DNA of 64,000 nt from Thermoplasmataceae archaeon (GTDB lineage Archaea > Thermoplasmatota > Thermoplasmata > Thermoplasmatales > Thermoplasmataceae). The stretch is taken from positions 11,638 through 75,637 of the forward strand of contig JBJKSW010000004.1 of NCBI GenBank assembly GCA_046703525.1, read 5' to 3'. A program made the translations under genes and the position numbers. Below are positions 1 through 10,022 of this stretch, piece after piece. Numbering within the stretch: the stretch's first letter is position 1; each line of letters opens with the position of its first letter. The notes below the pieces were generated by a model. It was not told the origin of the DNA and made no database searches. It saw nothing but the letters and a program-made list of their open reading frames with translations.

Positions 1-1
1 C

Positions 2-178
2 GTTCCTGTCGGGCAATCACTCGAGCTGTTCAGGAAACTGAAGGATGCTGGAAAAGTTGTTCGCCTCCTCCTGTTCCCCAGAGAAGGGCATGGCTTCAAG
101 GAAAGTAAGCATATAAGGATGGAGATTGAAGAATCAGTCAGGTGGTTCAGAAAATATATGAGTCAGAAAAAGGAATGA
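2..178 (+). CDS. C-terminal fragment of an S9-family serine peptidase (prolyl oligopeptidase / acylaminoacyl-peptidase type); the 5' part lies outside the window
   Basis: The frame is open from the window edge to TGA at 176-178. The translation ..VPVGQSLELFRKLKDAGKVVRLLLFPREGHGFKESKH.. carries the EGHGF catalytic-His context typical of S9 C-termini. It is absent from the ORF track because it has no start in the window. Confidence 0.6.
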   Translation, partial: VPVGQSLELFRKLKDAGKVVRLLLFPREGHGFKESKHIRMEIEESVRWFRKYMSQKKE

Positions 179-186
179 GGAGACCC

Positions 187-729
187 TCACTCAACATTCT
201 TCCTGACAAGTTCGGCATTAACCTCAAACTTGACCTTGCTGCCTACCAGAACTCCTCCGGTATCAAGCGCAGTGTTCCACTTAAGGCCAAAATCCTCCCT
301 GACAATTTCACCCCTGGCCGTGAGCCCCATCCTCTGGAATCCCCAGGGGTCTGTGAGTTTTCCTGAATATTCCACGTCCAGGGTCACTTCCCTTGTTATA
401 TCCCTGATTGTGAGGTTACCGGTCACGATGAATTCCTCATCGTTCTTTTTGCTGATCTTGCTGCTTCTGAAATGCAGTTTCGGAAACTTCTCAGCGTTGA
501 AGAAGTCATCAGATTTCAGATGTGCATCTCTCTTCCCGTCAAAGGTTTCCACCGAATCAACTTCGATCTCAACACCCGCTGTTCCTTTTGTCAGGTCCTC
601 AGCATCTCCCTCATAGCTGACAGAGACATTTCTGAATCTTACCTTTACCGTTGAGACCATCATGTGCCTCACGGAAAAGTCTGCGGAGGTGTGCTGTGGA
701 TCTGAATTCCATGTGCTTGTTTTCAACAT
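187..729 (-). CDS. YceI-like (polyisoprenoid-binding) domain protein
   Basis: WNSDPQHTSADFSVRHMMVSTVKVRF..FFNAEKFPKLHF..GNLTIRDITREV matches the YceI family pattern. The track ORF begins at TTG 762; the first in-frame ATG is at 729. Confidence 0.75.
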   Translation of the reverse strand: MLKTSTWNSDPQHTSADFSVRHMMVSTVKVRFRNVSVSYEGDAEDLTKGTAGVEIEVDSVETFDGKRDAHLKSDDFFNAEKFPKLHFRSSKISKKNDEEFIVTGNLTIRDITREVTLDVEYSGKLTDPWGFQRMGLTARGEIVREDFGLKWNTALDTGGVLVGSKVKFEVNAELVRKNVE

Positions 730-834
730 TCTTTTCACCTTTTCTTGCAAAACACGTTTCAAGCCTTTCCGTTCCTATGTTAGGAAAGTGATTGCATTTT
801 GCAAGCTGGTATATTCATTATAGTTAAATACTTT

Positions 835-1239
835 ATGAGACTTACTATTAAGCAGGTGACATCTATGCTATCTGAAAATAACGACGAAATCCCGCCGGGA
901 GGACATGAAGTGTGCCCCATAGTGTCAGCAGTAAAACAGATTGGGACAACGTGGAATCTGATTGTCATCCGCTACATGTTTGAAAAACCCATGGGATTCA
1001 ATGAAATACTCAGGAGCATAGAAGGCATCAATTCCAAAACACTTTCTAGGGTCCTGAAACACCTGCAGGAAATGGGGATCATTACAAGGACTGTGCTGAG
1101 CACCCAGCCTTTTTCAGTTCAGTATGCTCTCACTGAGAAGGGAAGATCTCTAGAACCTGTTATGGACAGCCTCCGGGAGTGGGGCGACCGATGGGTGCTC
1201 AAACTGCGAACCGCAAAAGAAGGCACCAGGGCAGTGTGA
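835..1239 (+). CDS. HxlR-family winged-helix transcriptional regulator
   Basis: CPIVSAVKQIGTTWNLIVIRYM..FNEILRSIEGINSKTLSRVLKHLQEMGII..YALTEKG is a typical HxlR core. The track start 799 is TTG; in-frame ATGs lie at 835 and 865, so the start is uncertain. Confidence 0.8.
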   Translation: MRLTIKQVTSMLSENNDEIPPGGHEVCPIVSAVKQIGTTWNLIVIRYMFEKPMGFNEILRSIEGINSKTLSRVLKHLQEMGIITRTVLSTQPFSVQYALTEKGRSLEPVMDSLREWGDRWVLKLRTAKEGTRAV

Positions 1240-1252
1240 CCTTTTGCCAGAA

Positions 1253-1828
1253 TCATATGTTCTGGATTGACTCCATTCCTGAAGGTTCAGACTGGCCGTC
1301 TTTGTACTGAACATACTTTTTGTACACCCTTATTGTTTCTCCGGCCAGCAATCCTGTTGAACCAGCCAGCAGAATGTCCACTATGATGCCTGCAATAGTT
1401 GCTCCTGACGTGAATGAGAATGCAGTTGGGTTCAGTTCCTCCACTACTATTCGTGCTACGAAAGCTCCAAGCCAGACAACAAGAATAATAGGCGACCTCT
1501 TGTAGAAAATCCTGTTTTCCTGCATGTAGAATGTGGCTGTATTTCCAAACATCATACCGGCGGCAAGGCCTATCACGCCGGCGGCGAGACTGAAGAAAAC
1601 GTCTGCAAGCGGAAGGAAAATTGAGGAAATTGCTGTAATAATTGTATAAACAATAGGAATACGAAGAAGCCTTGCCATTGAAAATGGAGCCCCGTACATG
1701 CCCCTGTAAACTCTTCTGTATGCTATGATTACTACCAGCACCAGAAGGAAACCGAGAGAGAATATCTCATTCCCAGCTCCAGTGTTCGTGTTCTGGGAAA
1801 CAGCTGCCAAAAGGCTCTGGTAATCCAT
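1253..1828 (-). CDS. Integral membrane protein (DUF1453/CcdC-like), paralog of 2890..3417
   Basis: It has an ATG start and multiple hydrophobic helices. It shares ..YKRS..(TM)..GE(T/A)(I/L)R(V/I)Y.. with the 175-aa protein at 2890..3417. Confidence 0.6.
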   Translation of the reverse strand: MDYQSLLAAVSQNTNTGAGNEIFSLGFLLVLVVIIAYRRVYRGMYGAPFSMARLLRIPIVYTIITAISSIFLPLADVFFSLAAGVIGLAAGMMFGNTATFYMQENRIFYKRSPIILVVWLGAFVARIVVEELNPTAFSFTSGATIAGIIVDILLAGSTGLLAGETIRVYKKYVQYKDGQSEPSGMESIQNI

Positions 1829-1948
1829 AAGCAGGGCAGATGATTATTCCTTAAAAAGTTATTAGTAGAAACTACTGCAAAATAGGTTTGACGTGAAAGA
1901 ATTGAAATCCCATGTTTCTCTATATACTGCTACGGAATCCGGAAAGTA

Positions 1949-2461
1949 ATGATCAGAGAACTGAAATGGGCAGACAAGGACCAGCTTGTATCCAACTACT
2001 ATTCTTACTATGAGGAAGTCAAGGAAAACACTGATCTCGGACTAATTTTTTTCAGGGAAACGCCTTCGGAAGAAAGTGAGTTGAAGTGGTTCTGTGGCCT
2101 GTATGATGAATTACTGCGGGGAGATGCCGTTGCTGTTGTAGCTGAGGTCGATGGTACAGTTGCAGGCATATGCGATATACACAGGCTCAGGCCAGGATCT
2201 GAAGTTGATCATATAGGCAATCTTGGGATAGCGATAGCCAGAGATTATCGAAGCAGGGGGTTGGGCAGAGGACTCATGAATGAAGCAATCAGACTGAGCC
2301 GTGGAAAGTTCAAGAAGATCATACTGAGCGTTTTTTCAACAAACACCAATGCTATTTCGTTGTACAGCAAAATCGGCTTTATCGAATACGGAAGGATTCC
2401 AGGTGGTGTCAATAGAAATGGCAGGATGATTGATGAGATCATGATGTATTATGATCTGTAA
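1949..2461 (+). CDS. GNAT-family N-acetyltransferase
   Basis: The acetyl-CoA binding motif ..LGIAIARDYRSRGLGRGLMNEAI.. (R/Q-x-x-G-x-G/A) is present, with a length typical of GNAT. Confidence 0.8.
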   Translation: MIRELKWADKDQLVSNYYSYYEEVKENTDLGLIFFRETPSEESELKWFCGLYDELLRGDAVAVVAEVDGTVAGICDIHRLRPGSEVDHIGNLGIAIARDYRSRGLGRGLMNEAIRLSRGKFKKIILSVFSTNTNAISLYSKIGFIEYGRIPGGVNRNGRMIDEIMMYYDL

Positions 2462-2483
2462 CCAACTCCATTTTTCAATGGCA

Positions 2484-2564
2484 CGCGGGGAGAGGGATTC
2501 GAACCCTCGCACTCAAAGAGTAATAGCTTAGCAGGCTATCGCCGTACCACTGGGCCATCCCCGC
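2484..2564 (-). tRNA. tRNA-Ser (anticodon GCU), class II with long variable arm
   Basis: The reverse complement GCGGGGA-TG-GCCCAGTGGTACGGCG-ATAGC-CTGCTAA-GCTAT-TACTCTTTGAGTGC-GAGGG-TTCGAAT-CCCTC-TCCCCGC-G folds as a cloverleaf. The anticodon loop is CU-GCU-AA. No CCA is encoded. Confidence 0.85.
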
Positions 2565-2570
2565 TTATGA

Positions 2571-2732
2571 CTAAGAACTGTATCTTTCCTGTAAATCGTT
2601 TGCAATCTGCTCGAGAACTTCTTCAAAATCTTCATTCTCAAGTGTAACAACTTCGCCGGAAGGCAGGATAATCTTGGCGTAATATATCTCGCCCTCTTTC
2701 GTGATTTCAACTTCCGCCATCTTTTCGCTCAT
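2571..2732 (-). CDS. Small acidic hypothetical protein (53 aa), below the ORF-track length cut-off
   Basis: ATG at 2732 to TAG at 2571-2573 translates as MSEKMAEVEITKEGEIYYAKIILPSGEVVTLENEDFEEVLEQIANDLQERYSS. The composition is protein-like, and it fills the gap between tRNA-Ser and the next gene. Confidence 0.45.
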   Translation of the reverse strand: MSEKMAEVEITKEGEIYYAKIILPSGEVVTLENEDFEEVLEQIANDLQERYSS

Positions 2733-2889
2733 TGGATCATTCGGTTAACTATGCGTCATATATTATTCTTTTCTGTTCCCTTCCTGATTGCCGTCAATAA
2801 AGGCTGAGGCAGCAAGCAATGTCTTATGCGGTAACGTTGTCATACAAAATAGATACAGTCTAATATGATGTACATTATTCCCTAGATGC

Positions 2890-3417
2890 ATGAACAGCGC
2901 GGGAACACTCTATTCCTTTCTCCATACGGTGGCAGGCTACTTCGGAGTATCACTTACCATATACATTGTTGTTGGCTTCCTCGGATTGCTGTTTCTGTAC
3001 AGGGTGATCAGGACAGCGCTCGGCGAAAAGTTCTCTGTAACCTGGCTTTTCATGACGCCTGCCTTCTATTCCGTTCTTGTTCTGATATCATTTGTCTCTT
3101 CAGACGTGATACAGCAGCTTTCTGCAGCAATAACAGCAGCCATGGGGATAGGGATTGGATTGAAGCTAAGCAAGAAAGACGAAGTCTATGACAAGAAAAA
3201 CCTGATGTACTACAGGAAATCACTTGCAGTGACTTTTCTATGGTCCCTGTTCTTTTCCATAAAGATGCTCACTTACGTGTATTATCCCAAGTTCTATTTC
3301 CAGACCCTGTTTACGGCACTTCTTACACTTGTCACAGGCATGATTGTTGGTGAGGCGCTGAGGATATACCACAGGGGCAGGAAATTCAGAAAGAGTTCTC
3401 CTGCAGATCCTTCATGA
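2890..3417 (+). CDS. Integral membrane protein (DUF1453/CcdC-like), paralog of 1253..1828
   Basis: It has an ATG start and 4-5 predicted TM helices. It shares the YYRKS and [13 protein letters not shown] segments with 1253..1828. Confidence 0.6.
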   Translation: MNSAGTLYSFLHTVAGYFGVSLTIYIVVGFLGLLFLYRVIRTALGEKFSVTWLFMTPAFYSVLVLISFVSSDVIQQLSAAITAAMGIGIGLKLSKKDEVYDKKNLMYYRKSLAVTFLWSLFFSIKMLTYVYYPKFYFQTLFTALLTLVTGMIVGEALRIYHRGRKFRKSSPADPS

Positions 3418-5490
3418 GGCTTTTTTTCTGATCATATCTCTGACTTCACCGAAGCCTTCAGTGGGAAGGTAACATTCGCTGCCGCTGCAAAGCTGGTATT
3501 TTCCACCCTTCAGTGCTCCAGAAGCCCCTATCTCACTGAACTGCTCAAGTTCGTATTTTTCATACTCCCTAATTGGAATGAAAAGAAGGTCAGGGATGTA
3601 TTCCTTCCTGAGATTGCAGTATTCATCGAATTCATGACCCTTTTCAACCAGCTTTCTCACTGCGAAGTGTGACTTCATGTGTTCAATGCCGATGAGCAGA
3701 AGGGAATGATACCGTGGTGCAGCCTGAAGGGAGTCAGCAAGCGTAAGCGGAATCGATTCAGCTCTCTCCATGTAAACAGGATCATCCAGAATCTGGAAAA
3801 GGTTGACAAGGTTCAGCAGCTGGAATGAGTTGCCGCTGGGGATTGCTCCATCCATGTCCGGCCTCATCCTGTATATGTTTGATGATTCATAATCTGCAGC
3901 AAGGTAGTATCCGCCATTCTCATCTTCGAAATGAAGTTGCAGGTGCTTCTGCAGTTCCCCTGCCATCTGAATGTAATTTTCCATGCCTGTTGCCTGAAAA
4001 GCTTCAATCAGCGCAGCAGTAAGGAACGAATAATCGTCCAGAAAACCTTCATTGCCCGTCTGGCCGTCCATATAGCTGTGCATTATCATCCCTCCGTTTC
4101 CGGCCATTTTCTTCTCTATGAAATCGAGAATGCCAAGTGCAGAGTCGAGATATTTCCGTTCCCCGAATACCGCGGCCGCCTTTAACAGGGAATAAGACAG
4201 AAGTGAATTTATGTCGGTGAGTATCTTCCTGTCAACGTGGGGCATGGTCCTCTTTTTCCTTTCATTCTTGAGAGATTCCAGAGTTGATCTTACCACTGGG
4301 ACCTCCCAGGGCAGCTTTGAGTCACCCTGCACTGCTTCTTCAGACAGATAGAGGATGTTCTCTCCAGGCGGAATATTTCCTTCTGACACGTTGAAATTAC
4401 CATCACCTGACACATTATACAAAGAGCAGAATGCATCACTGCCATCTCCCGCCGCACGTTCTATTTCATCCTTTTTCCAGATGTAATACTTGCCTTCCAT
4501 TCCTTCTGAGTCAGCATCAATTGCAGAGAAATACACCGGATCATCACCTTTCATGTCTTCTTCCAGAAAACTGAAGATATCGCTGACCACCGATTTGTAC
4601 AGTTCTTTTCCTGTGACCTGAAATGCCTCGGTGTAGGCCCATATCAGCATTGCCTGGTCATACAGCATCTTCTCAAAGTGAGGAACTATCCAGAACGGGT
4701 CGGTTGAGTATCTGTGGAACCCGTTTCCAACATGATCATATATGCCTCCCAGCCTCATTCTCAGGAGCGTTTTTTCGGCCATCTCGAGAGACCTTGCATT
4801 CCCGGTTCTGGAATAGTCCTGCAGAAGGAAGACGAGATTGTGCGGGGACGGAAATTTCGGGCTTCCACCGAAACCGCCATTTTCTGAATCGTATGATCCG
4901 GCAAAATCTCTGACCGCCCTGTCTGCCATGTCTTCAGGAATGCTCTCCCTCTTCTGGGTACGGGTCATGTTCTTCAGGTCCTCCATTATGCTCTCGGAGC
5001 GCTCAGCGAGCTCAGACCTCTGGTTTTTCCAGAGTTCGCCCACGCTTGATGCCATTTCCGTGATTCCCATGAGACCCCTTCTTGTCGTCCGGGGCATGTA
5101 TGTCATTGCAAAGAGAGGTTTCCTGTCTGGAGTGAGTATAACATTAAGGGGCCAACCGCCTGAGCCCGTGGTCGCCTGGCAGAAGTGCATGTAGATGGAA
5201 TCTATGTCCGGCCTTTCTTCCCTGTCGACCTTGATGCACACAAATGTGTCATTGAGAAGTTTTGCAACAGCCTCGTCTTCAAAGCTTTCCCTCTCCATGA
5301 CATGACACCAGTGGCAGGTTGAATATCCAATACTGAGAAGTATGGGCTTGTCAAGGGCTGTTGCTCTCCTGAAGGCTTCCTCGCCCCAGGGGTACCAGTC
5401 AACCGGGTTGAATGCGTGCTGCTGCAGGTAAGGGCTTTTCTCGTTAGCAAGATGGTTTGGCTGTTTCGCTGATTTTGCACTACTTTCCAT
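3412..5490 (-). CDS. Thioredoxin-domain protein of the DUF255/YyaL (SSP411-like) family
   Basis: [58 protein letters not shown] is the family hallmark, followed by a long six-hairpin-glycosidase-like C-terminal part. The track start 5544 is TTG; an ATG at 5490 precedes the conserved N-terminus. Confidence 0.85.
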   Translation of the reverse strand: MESSAKSAKQPNHLANEKSPYLQQHAFNPVDWYPWGEEAFRRATALDKPILLSIGYSTCHWCHVMERESFEDEAVAKLLNDTFVCIKVDREERPDIDSIYMHFCQATTGSGGWPLNVILTPDRKPLFAMTYMPRTTRRGLMGITEMASSVGELWKNQRSELAERSESIMEDLKNMTRTQKRESIPEDMADRAVRDFAGSYDSENGGFGGSPKFPSPHNLVFLLQDYSRTGNARSLEMAEKTLLRMRLGGIYDHVGNGFHRYSTDPFWIVPHFEKMLYDQAMLIWAYTEAFQVTGKELYKSVVSDIFSFLEEDMKGDDPVYFSAIDADSEGMEGKYYIWKKDEIERAAGDGSDAFCSLYNVSGDGNFNVSEGNIPPGENILYLSEEAVQGDSKLPWEVPVVRSTLESLKNERKKRTMPHVDRKILTDINSLLSYSLLKAAAVFGERKYLDSALGILDFIEKKMAGNGGMIMHSYMDGQTGNEGFLDDYSFLTAALIEAFQATGMENYIQMAGELQKHLQLHFEDENGGYYLAADYESSNIYRMRPDMDGAIPSGNSFQLLNLVNLFQILDDPVYMERAESIPLTLADSLQAAPRYHSLLLIGIEHMKSHFAVRKLVEKGHEFDEYCNLRKEYIPDLLFIPIREYEKYELEQFSEIGASGALKGGKYQLCSGSECYLPTEGFGEVRDMIRKKAS

Positions 5491-5618
5491 CTCTTTATAA
5501 TTGAACAAAATTAGATAAATTTGTCCTGTCAGGTTCAGCAACAATTCTGAGATTCTGCCTTAATTTGACAAAATCAGCTGCTGAAATGTTATATTAACGT
5601 TGTAGGCATTTCAATGTA

Positions 5619-6200
5619 TTGAACAAGTTCATTGCAGTACGCCACGGTGAGAGTGAAGCAAATGTCCTGAAGATTTTTTCAAATGACAGGACGAAGTACC
5701 CTCTGACAGAGACTGGAAAGGCGCAGGTCCGCGAGGCTGCAAACCAGATGAAGGGGCTCTCTTTTGACGGAATACTCTGCAGCCCGGTCCTCAGGACACG
5801 CCAGACTGCCGAAATACTGGCTGATGCGCTAGGTCTTGACTGTGATGTGGATGAAAGAATAAGGGAAACTGAAATCAGGGGCATGGAAGGAAAGCAAATC
5901 AGGGAAATGTCTGCGGCCGACAGAAAGCTTCTTGGAATTGAAAGCTGGGAGTCACACGTCAGTCGCATGACAGAATGCGTTGATTCCAGGGACGGCAGCT
6001 ATATCATAGTTTCACACGCCCTTCCGATAAGGACGCTTGTATGCTATTATGCCGGAATCACAGACGAAGACTCGTGCAAAGGGGTTGAGATACGGTATGC
6101 TTCCATGTCAGCAATTCTCTGCAATCACTCTGACATCCTGTCATTTGGTGCAATAATCCTGTCCCCGGAGCTCAGGAAAAAGTACACCAACCATAATTGA
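5619..6200 (+). CDS. Histidine phosphatase family protein (phosphoglycerate-mutase-like)
   Basis: The RHGESEAN catalytic motif sits at the N-terminus and SHALPIR lies later. The start codon is TTG, with no in-frame ATG available upstream of the motif. Confidence 0.75.
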   Translation: MNKFIAVRHGESEANVLKIFSNDRTKYPLTETGKAQVREAANQMKGLSFDGILCSPVLRTRQTAEILADALGLDCDVDERIRETEIRGMEGKQIREMSAADRKLLGIESWESHVSRMTECVDSRDGSYIIVSHALPIRTLVCYYAGITDEDSCKGVEIRYASMSAILCNHSDILSFGAIILSPELRKKYTNHN

Positions 6201-6202
6201 AA

Positions 6203-6664
6203 TTATTCGGCAAGCCCTGCAACTATCTCCGAGAGATCTTCCGCCAGTCTTGACATAGCCTGCTCATCCCTCATTGTAAACGCTGCTTTTGTGTCTGAAT
6301 CAACATCAATCTCACCGACAGCCTTTCCGTTGAACGTAATAGGAACAACCAGCTCTGATTCAGTTGTTGGAAAGCATGCGAGGTACTCTGTGTTCTCCTT
6401 CACGTTTGATTCGTTTACAGTTTCATTCCTGATTATTGCGAGGCTGCAGAGTCCGTCTCCAATCTTTATTTCATTGTGCTCAGTGGGTTCTCCGTCATAG
6501 CTGAAAAGTTTGAGTTTGTCTCCGCTCACAACATAAATGCCAACCCAGTTGTATGTCTCCAGGTTTGTCCTCAGGAAACTGCAGAAGTGATCAAGCACAG
6601 CCTTCGCCCCGGAATTCCTGTTAGATTCAATCCACGACCTGAGCTGCTCAATTTGTTCTTCCAT
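6203..6664 (-). CDS. GAF-domain protein (free methionine-R-sulfoxide reductase-like)
   Basis: NWVGIYVVSGDKLKL..GDGLCSLAI..ACFPTTESELVVPI..GKAVGEIDVDS resembles the single-GAF fRMsr/YebR family. The track start 6715 is GTG; an ATG lies at 6664. Confidence 0.65.
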   Translation of the reverse strand: MEEQIEQLRSWIESNRNSGAKAVLDHFCSFLRTNLETYNWVGIYVVSGDKLKLFSYDGEPTEHNEIKIGDGLCSLAIIRNETVNESNVKENTEYLACFPTTESELVVPITFNGKAVGEIDVDSDTKAAFTMRDEQAMSRLAEDLSEIVAGLAE

Positions 6665-6789
6665 CAAGGTAGAGTAAGGCTGATTTGCCTTATCAACTTG
6701 CGCTGCGCTTCTCACAGGAGGGGCATGCTGCAGTTCCTAAAAATACGCAAATAATTAATTTATTTCAAACTATTTCTAGTTGTACTGGA

Positions 6790-8136
6790 ATGAAAATATA
6801 CAACACGCTGAGCAGAAAAGTGGAGGAGATTGTACCCGGTTCAGGAGGGAAGATCAACATGTTTGTCTGCGGCCCTACCGTGTACGATGAAATACACATT
6901 GGAAACGCAAGAACCTTTGTTTTCTTCGACTCCCTTGTAAAATATCTCAGGTACAGGGGATTCCTCGTTTTCTACCTTCTGAACATCACTGATGTAGATG
7001 ACAAGATAATAAAGAAGGCGGAAGAGGAGTCTGTTTCAGCCGAGCAGATTTCATCAAGGTATTACAGATCATTTGAAAGGAGCATGCAGCGACTCAGAGT
7101 CGACAGTGTTTCTGTAGTCGCACCGTCTTCAAGATTTGTTGACGAGATAATATCACAGATTGCAAGGCTAATGGAAAAAGGTTTTGCGTATGCAGCTGAA
7201 GATGGCGTATACTTCAGGGTGGAAAGATTCAGCGACTATGGAAATCTCTCCGGGCAGAAGACGGAACAGCTCATTCCGGGAGCAAGAGTTCAGGCAACGG
7301 CAACAAAGGAGAGTTTCATGGATTTCGCCCTCTGGAAGTTCAGGAAGCCGGGAGAACCGTTCTGGAACTCACCATGGGGTGAGGGGAGGCCAGGCTGGCA
7401 CATAGAAGATACGGCAATAACTGAATACTACTTCGGTCCGACCTATGACATTCACGGAGCCGGATCAGATCTGATTTTTCCGCATCATGAGGCGGAGGTT
7501 GCCCAGATGAGGTCAATATCAGGAAAAGAACTGCTTTCCCGGTACTGGATCCACACTGGAATGCTCAACATGACAGAGGAGAAGATGTCAAAATCGCTTG
7601 GAAATATAGTCAAGATAAACGAGGTTCTGGACAGGTACTCTGCCGAAGACATCAGGTTCTTTTTCCTGAATTCCAGCTACAGGAGCACTCTCGAATACAA
7701 CAGCGACCGGATAGGAGAGGCATCAGCTTCCAGGTCGAAGATTCAGAACCTGTACGAGAAGCTGAAAGAAGTCAGGAATGATGCAGGGAGTTTCACGCCG
7801 GACATCAAATCTGCAAGAAAAAGGATGGTATCAGTACTTGATGATGATTTTGACACGAGGACATTTTTCAGAGACCTCCTTGAATTCTCATCAGATGTGT
7901 TCAGGAATTTCGACGGCCTTTCCGTGGAATCAGCATCTGAAATCACCAGATTCCTTGATGAGGTTGATTCTGTTTTCGGGATCATTAGCCATGAAGTCCA
8001 GGGTGCAGGGTCGGAGGAGCTTGTGAACGGACTTCTGAATTTCAGAAATATGCTGCGGGAGAGGAAAATGTATGACCTGTCCGATGAGCTGCGCAGAATA
8101 ATGAAAGAATCAGGTCTTAGGGTGGAAGACAACTGA
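6790..8136 (+). CDS. cysS: Cysteine--tRNA ligase
   Basis: The class I motifs HIGNART (HIGH) and KMSKSLGN (KMSKS) are present, plus GWHIEDTA.. and HGAGSDLIFPHHE. The ATG at 6790 (MKIYNTLSRK) matches the usual CysRS N-terminus. Confidence 0.95.
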   Translation: MKIYNTLSRKVEEIVPGSGGKINMFVCGPTVYDEIHIGNARTFVFFDSLVKYLRYRGFLVFYLLNITDVDDKIIKKAEEESVSAEQISSRYYRSFERSMQRLRVDSVSVVAPSSRFVDEIISQIARLMEKGFAYAAEDGVYFRVERFSDYGNLSGQKTEQLIPGARVQATATKESFMDFALWKFRKPGEPFWNSPWGEGRPGWHIEDTAITEYYFGPTYDIHGAGSDLIFPHHEAEVAQMRSISGKELLSRYWIHTGMLNMTEEKMSKSLGNIVKINEVLDRYSAEDIRFFFLNSSYRSTLEYNSDRIGEASASRSKIQNLYEKLKEVRNDAGSFTPDIKSARKRMVSVLDDDFDTRTFFRDLLEFSSDVFRNFDGLSVESASEITRFLDEVDSVFGIISHEVQGAGSEELVNGLLNFRNMLRERKMYDLSDELRRIMKESGLRVEDN

Positions 8137-8154
8137 GAATGAGGTGAAATCACT

Positions 8155-8697
8155 ATGGGTGAGGAAAAGAAAGCATGGCTTGTTGTTGATCTTGTCAATG
8201 ATTTTGTTAAGGGTAAGTTCGGTTCTGACCGCTCAGTCAGCGTTGCTGAGAAAACGGGAAGAGTCCTTTCGGAAGTTGAGGGGAAGATAGACGTTATATT
8301 CACGCTTGATACACACATAAAGGATGACCCGGAATTCAGGGTCTGGAGCGAGCACTGCCTCATAGGGACTGAGGCCTGCGAACTCCATGCTTCAGTTTCC
8401 GGGCATGAAGGATACAGGATCAGGAAGAGGCATTTTGACGCATTCTACGACACAGATCTCGACGGATACCTCAGGGCACTGGGCATAGATGTTCTTTACA
8501 TGTCAGGAATAAGCACAGACATATGTGTGCTCCACACTGCTGCAGGCGCTTTCTACCGTGGGTACATCCCCTTTGTGATAGAGGACCTGTGTTCTGCCAT
8601 AGACGATACCAGGCATAACGATGCAATTATGGCCATGAAACGCAACTATGGTGCGAAGATTATTGATTCAGATTCGTTTAAGGGAGATGTAATTTAG
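8155..8697 (+). CDS. pncA: Nicotinamidase / isochorismatase-family hydrolase
   Basis: LVVDLVNDF (Asp), a Lys, and GISTDICVLHTA (catalytic Cys) are present. A GAGGTGA RBS-like element lies 8 nt upstream. The gene is directly followed by the NaPRTase gene. Confidence 0.8.
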   Translation: MGEEKKAWLVVDLVNDFVKGKFGSDRSVSVAEKTGRVLSEVEGKIDVIFTLDTHIKDDPEFRVWSEHCLIGTEACELHASVSGHEGYRIRKRHFDAFYDTDLDGYLRALGIDVLYMSGISTDICVLHTAAGAFYRGYIPFVIEDLCSAIDDTRHNDAIMAMKRNYGAKIIDSDSFKGDVI

Positions 8698-9882
8698 ATG
8701 GCACTCAACATAGCACTGGAAGGAGATATCAGGAAGGGGCTTGCTTCGGACGTTTATTTCCACAGAACAGTTTCCAACCTGCCAACAGACCTTGATGACA
8801 GGGTTGTCGCAGAATTCACGGTTTCCGGATACAAGAACGGCGGAATTGTTTTTTCCGGCCTCGATGAAGTTCTGGATATCCTGGAAGGCGTGAACGTTGA
8901 TCTGTATTCCATTCCGGAGGGGACCGTTTTTCTCCCAAGGGATTCGGCAAATGTTTCAATACCAGTAATGGCAATTGAAGGGAGGTACAGAGACTTCGGT
9001 GTGCTTGAGACAGCCATACTTGGCCTGATATGTCAGGCATCAGGCATAAGCTCTTACTCATCCAAGATAAGGATGGCGGCAGGAGAGAAGCCATTTATTT
9101 CATTCGGCATAAGGAGGATGCATCCAGCTCTTTCTCCCATGATAGATCGTGCCGCATACATAGGCGGGGCAGACGGCGTTTCTGGAATAATGGGTGCACG
9201 AATAATAGGGAAGGAGGCATTTGGAACGATGCCGCACTCCCTGTCAATACTTCTGGGAGACGATGAGGCCTGGAAGCTTACGCTTGCCAGCATGAAGAAA
9301 GAAGAAGTCAAGTCACTTCTAATAGACACCTACATGGATGAGAAGTTTGCAGCCATCAAGGCAGCAGAGATGTTTCCCAACCTTGAGTACATAAGGCTGG
9401 ACACACCTTCTTCCAGAAGGGGAAATTTTGCCAGGATTGTGAGCGAAGTCAGGTGGGAACTCAATCTCAGGGGCTACAGCAACGTGAAGATCATGGTTTC
9501 TGGAGGCCTTAACGCGGAAGATGTTATTGAACTCTCCAGGGCCGGAGCCGATTCCTTTGGTGTGGGCACGAGCATTTCTTCAGCTTCTCCTGTGGATTTC
9601 GCCATGGATATAGTTGAAGTTGCAGGAGAGAGCAAGACAAAGAGGGGAAAATTCTCCGGAAGGAAGAATGCATTCAGATGCAATAACTGTGGAAAACAGT
9701 CAGTTGTTCCATGGGCCGTAAAATCACTGAAATGCTCATGCGGTTCGGACATGGAGAGCATGCTCAGGAAATTCCTTTCAGACGGGCGGCTTCTTGAGAA
9801 GTATGAGAAACCAGTACAGATCAGGGAGAGAACACTGAAAGAACTCAGGAGATTCACCGATCTTCATAGCGAAGGGAAATAA
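8698..9882 (+). CDS. pncB: Nicotinate phosphoribosyltransferase, archaeal type with C-terminal Cys4 zinc knuckle
   Basis: The length and the ..GTMPHS.. and ..IMVSGGL.. motifs fit. The C-terminal CNNCG..x..CSCG cluster resembles the one described for the Thermoplasma NaPRTase structure. The gene abuts pncA (stop/start adjacent). Confidence 0.85.
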   Translation: MALNIALEGDIRKGLASDVYFHRTVSNLPTDLDDRVVAEFTVSGYKNGGIVFSGLDEVLDILEGVNVDLYSIPEGTVFLPRDSANVSIPVMAIEGRYRDFGVLETAILGLICQASGISSYSSKIRMAAGEKPFISFGIRRMHPALSPMIDRAAYIGGADGVSGIMGARIIGKEAFGTMPHSLSILLGDDEAWKLTLASMKKEEVKSLLIDTYMDEKFAAIKAAEMFPNLEYIRLDTPSSRRGNFARIVSEVRWELNLRGYSNVKIMVSGGLNAEDVIELSRAGADSFGVGTSISSASPVDFAMDIVEVAGESKTKRGKFSGRKNAFRCNNCGKQSVVPWAVKSLKCSCGSDMESMLRKFLSDGRLLEKYEKPVQIRERTLKELRRFTDLHSEGK

Positions 9883-10022
9883 TCCTTCTGCAATTCAGTG
9901 GAACGGGTGAACCTTTCTTGCTTACCCGGACCAGCTGAGTGATGATTACCCTGTACCCCGGCAGCGGTCGTAAGATGCGCAAAACACAGAAAATAAATAT
10001 AAACTAATGCTTATAGATAGCA

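Noticed and set aside
2484-2564. tRNA-Ser (and tRNA-Asp at 25917..25989) as integration sites of a mobile element or genomic island
   Set aside because: No integrase, transposase or phage-like genes occur anywhere in the window, and I noticed no duplicated tRNA 3' fragment. An exhaustive repeat search could not be done by eye.
2528-2710. 60-aa track ORF on the minus strand
   Set aside because: Its 3' part overlaps the tRNA-Ser gene. The alternative frame gives a cleaner 53-aa ORF (2571..2732) that stops before the tRNA, so I preferred that one.
5547-5552. CTGAGA hexamer, a core element of TPP riboswitches (reported in Thermoplasmatales), in the 5491-5618 intergenic region
   Set aside because: The other conserved TPP-aptamer elements (GGGGUGC..., ACCUGAUCUGGAUAAUGCCAGCG-like arm) are absent. 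Neither flanking gene is thiamine-related.
7743-8363. 206-aa ORF on the minus strand
   Set aside because: It lies antisense to the cysS 3' end and the pncA 5' end. It is extremely Ser-rich shadow-frame sequence.
9935-9945. CTGA-G-TGATGA, resembling D'/C' boxes of an archaeal C/D box sRNA, in the pncB-downstream intergenic region
   Set aside because: I found no matching terminal C box (RUGAUGA) upstream or D box (CUGA) downstream at the required ~12-nt guide spacing. The box spacing is also too short.
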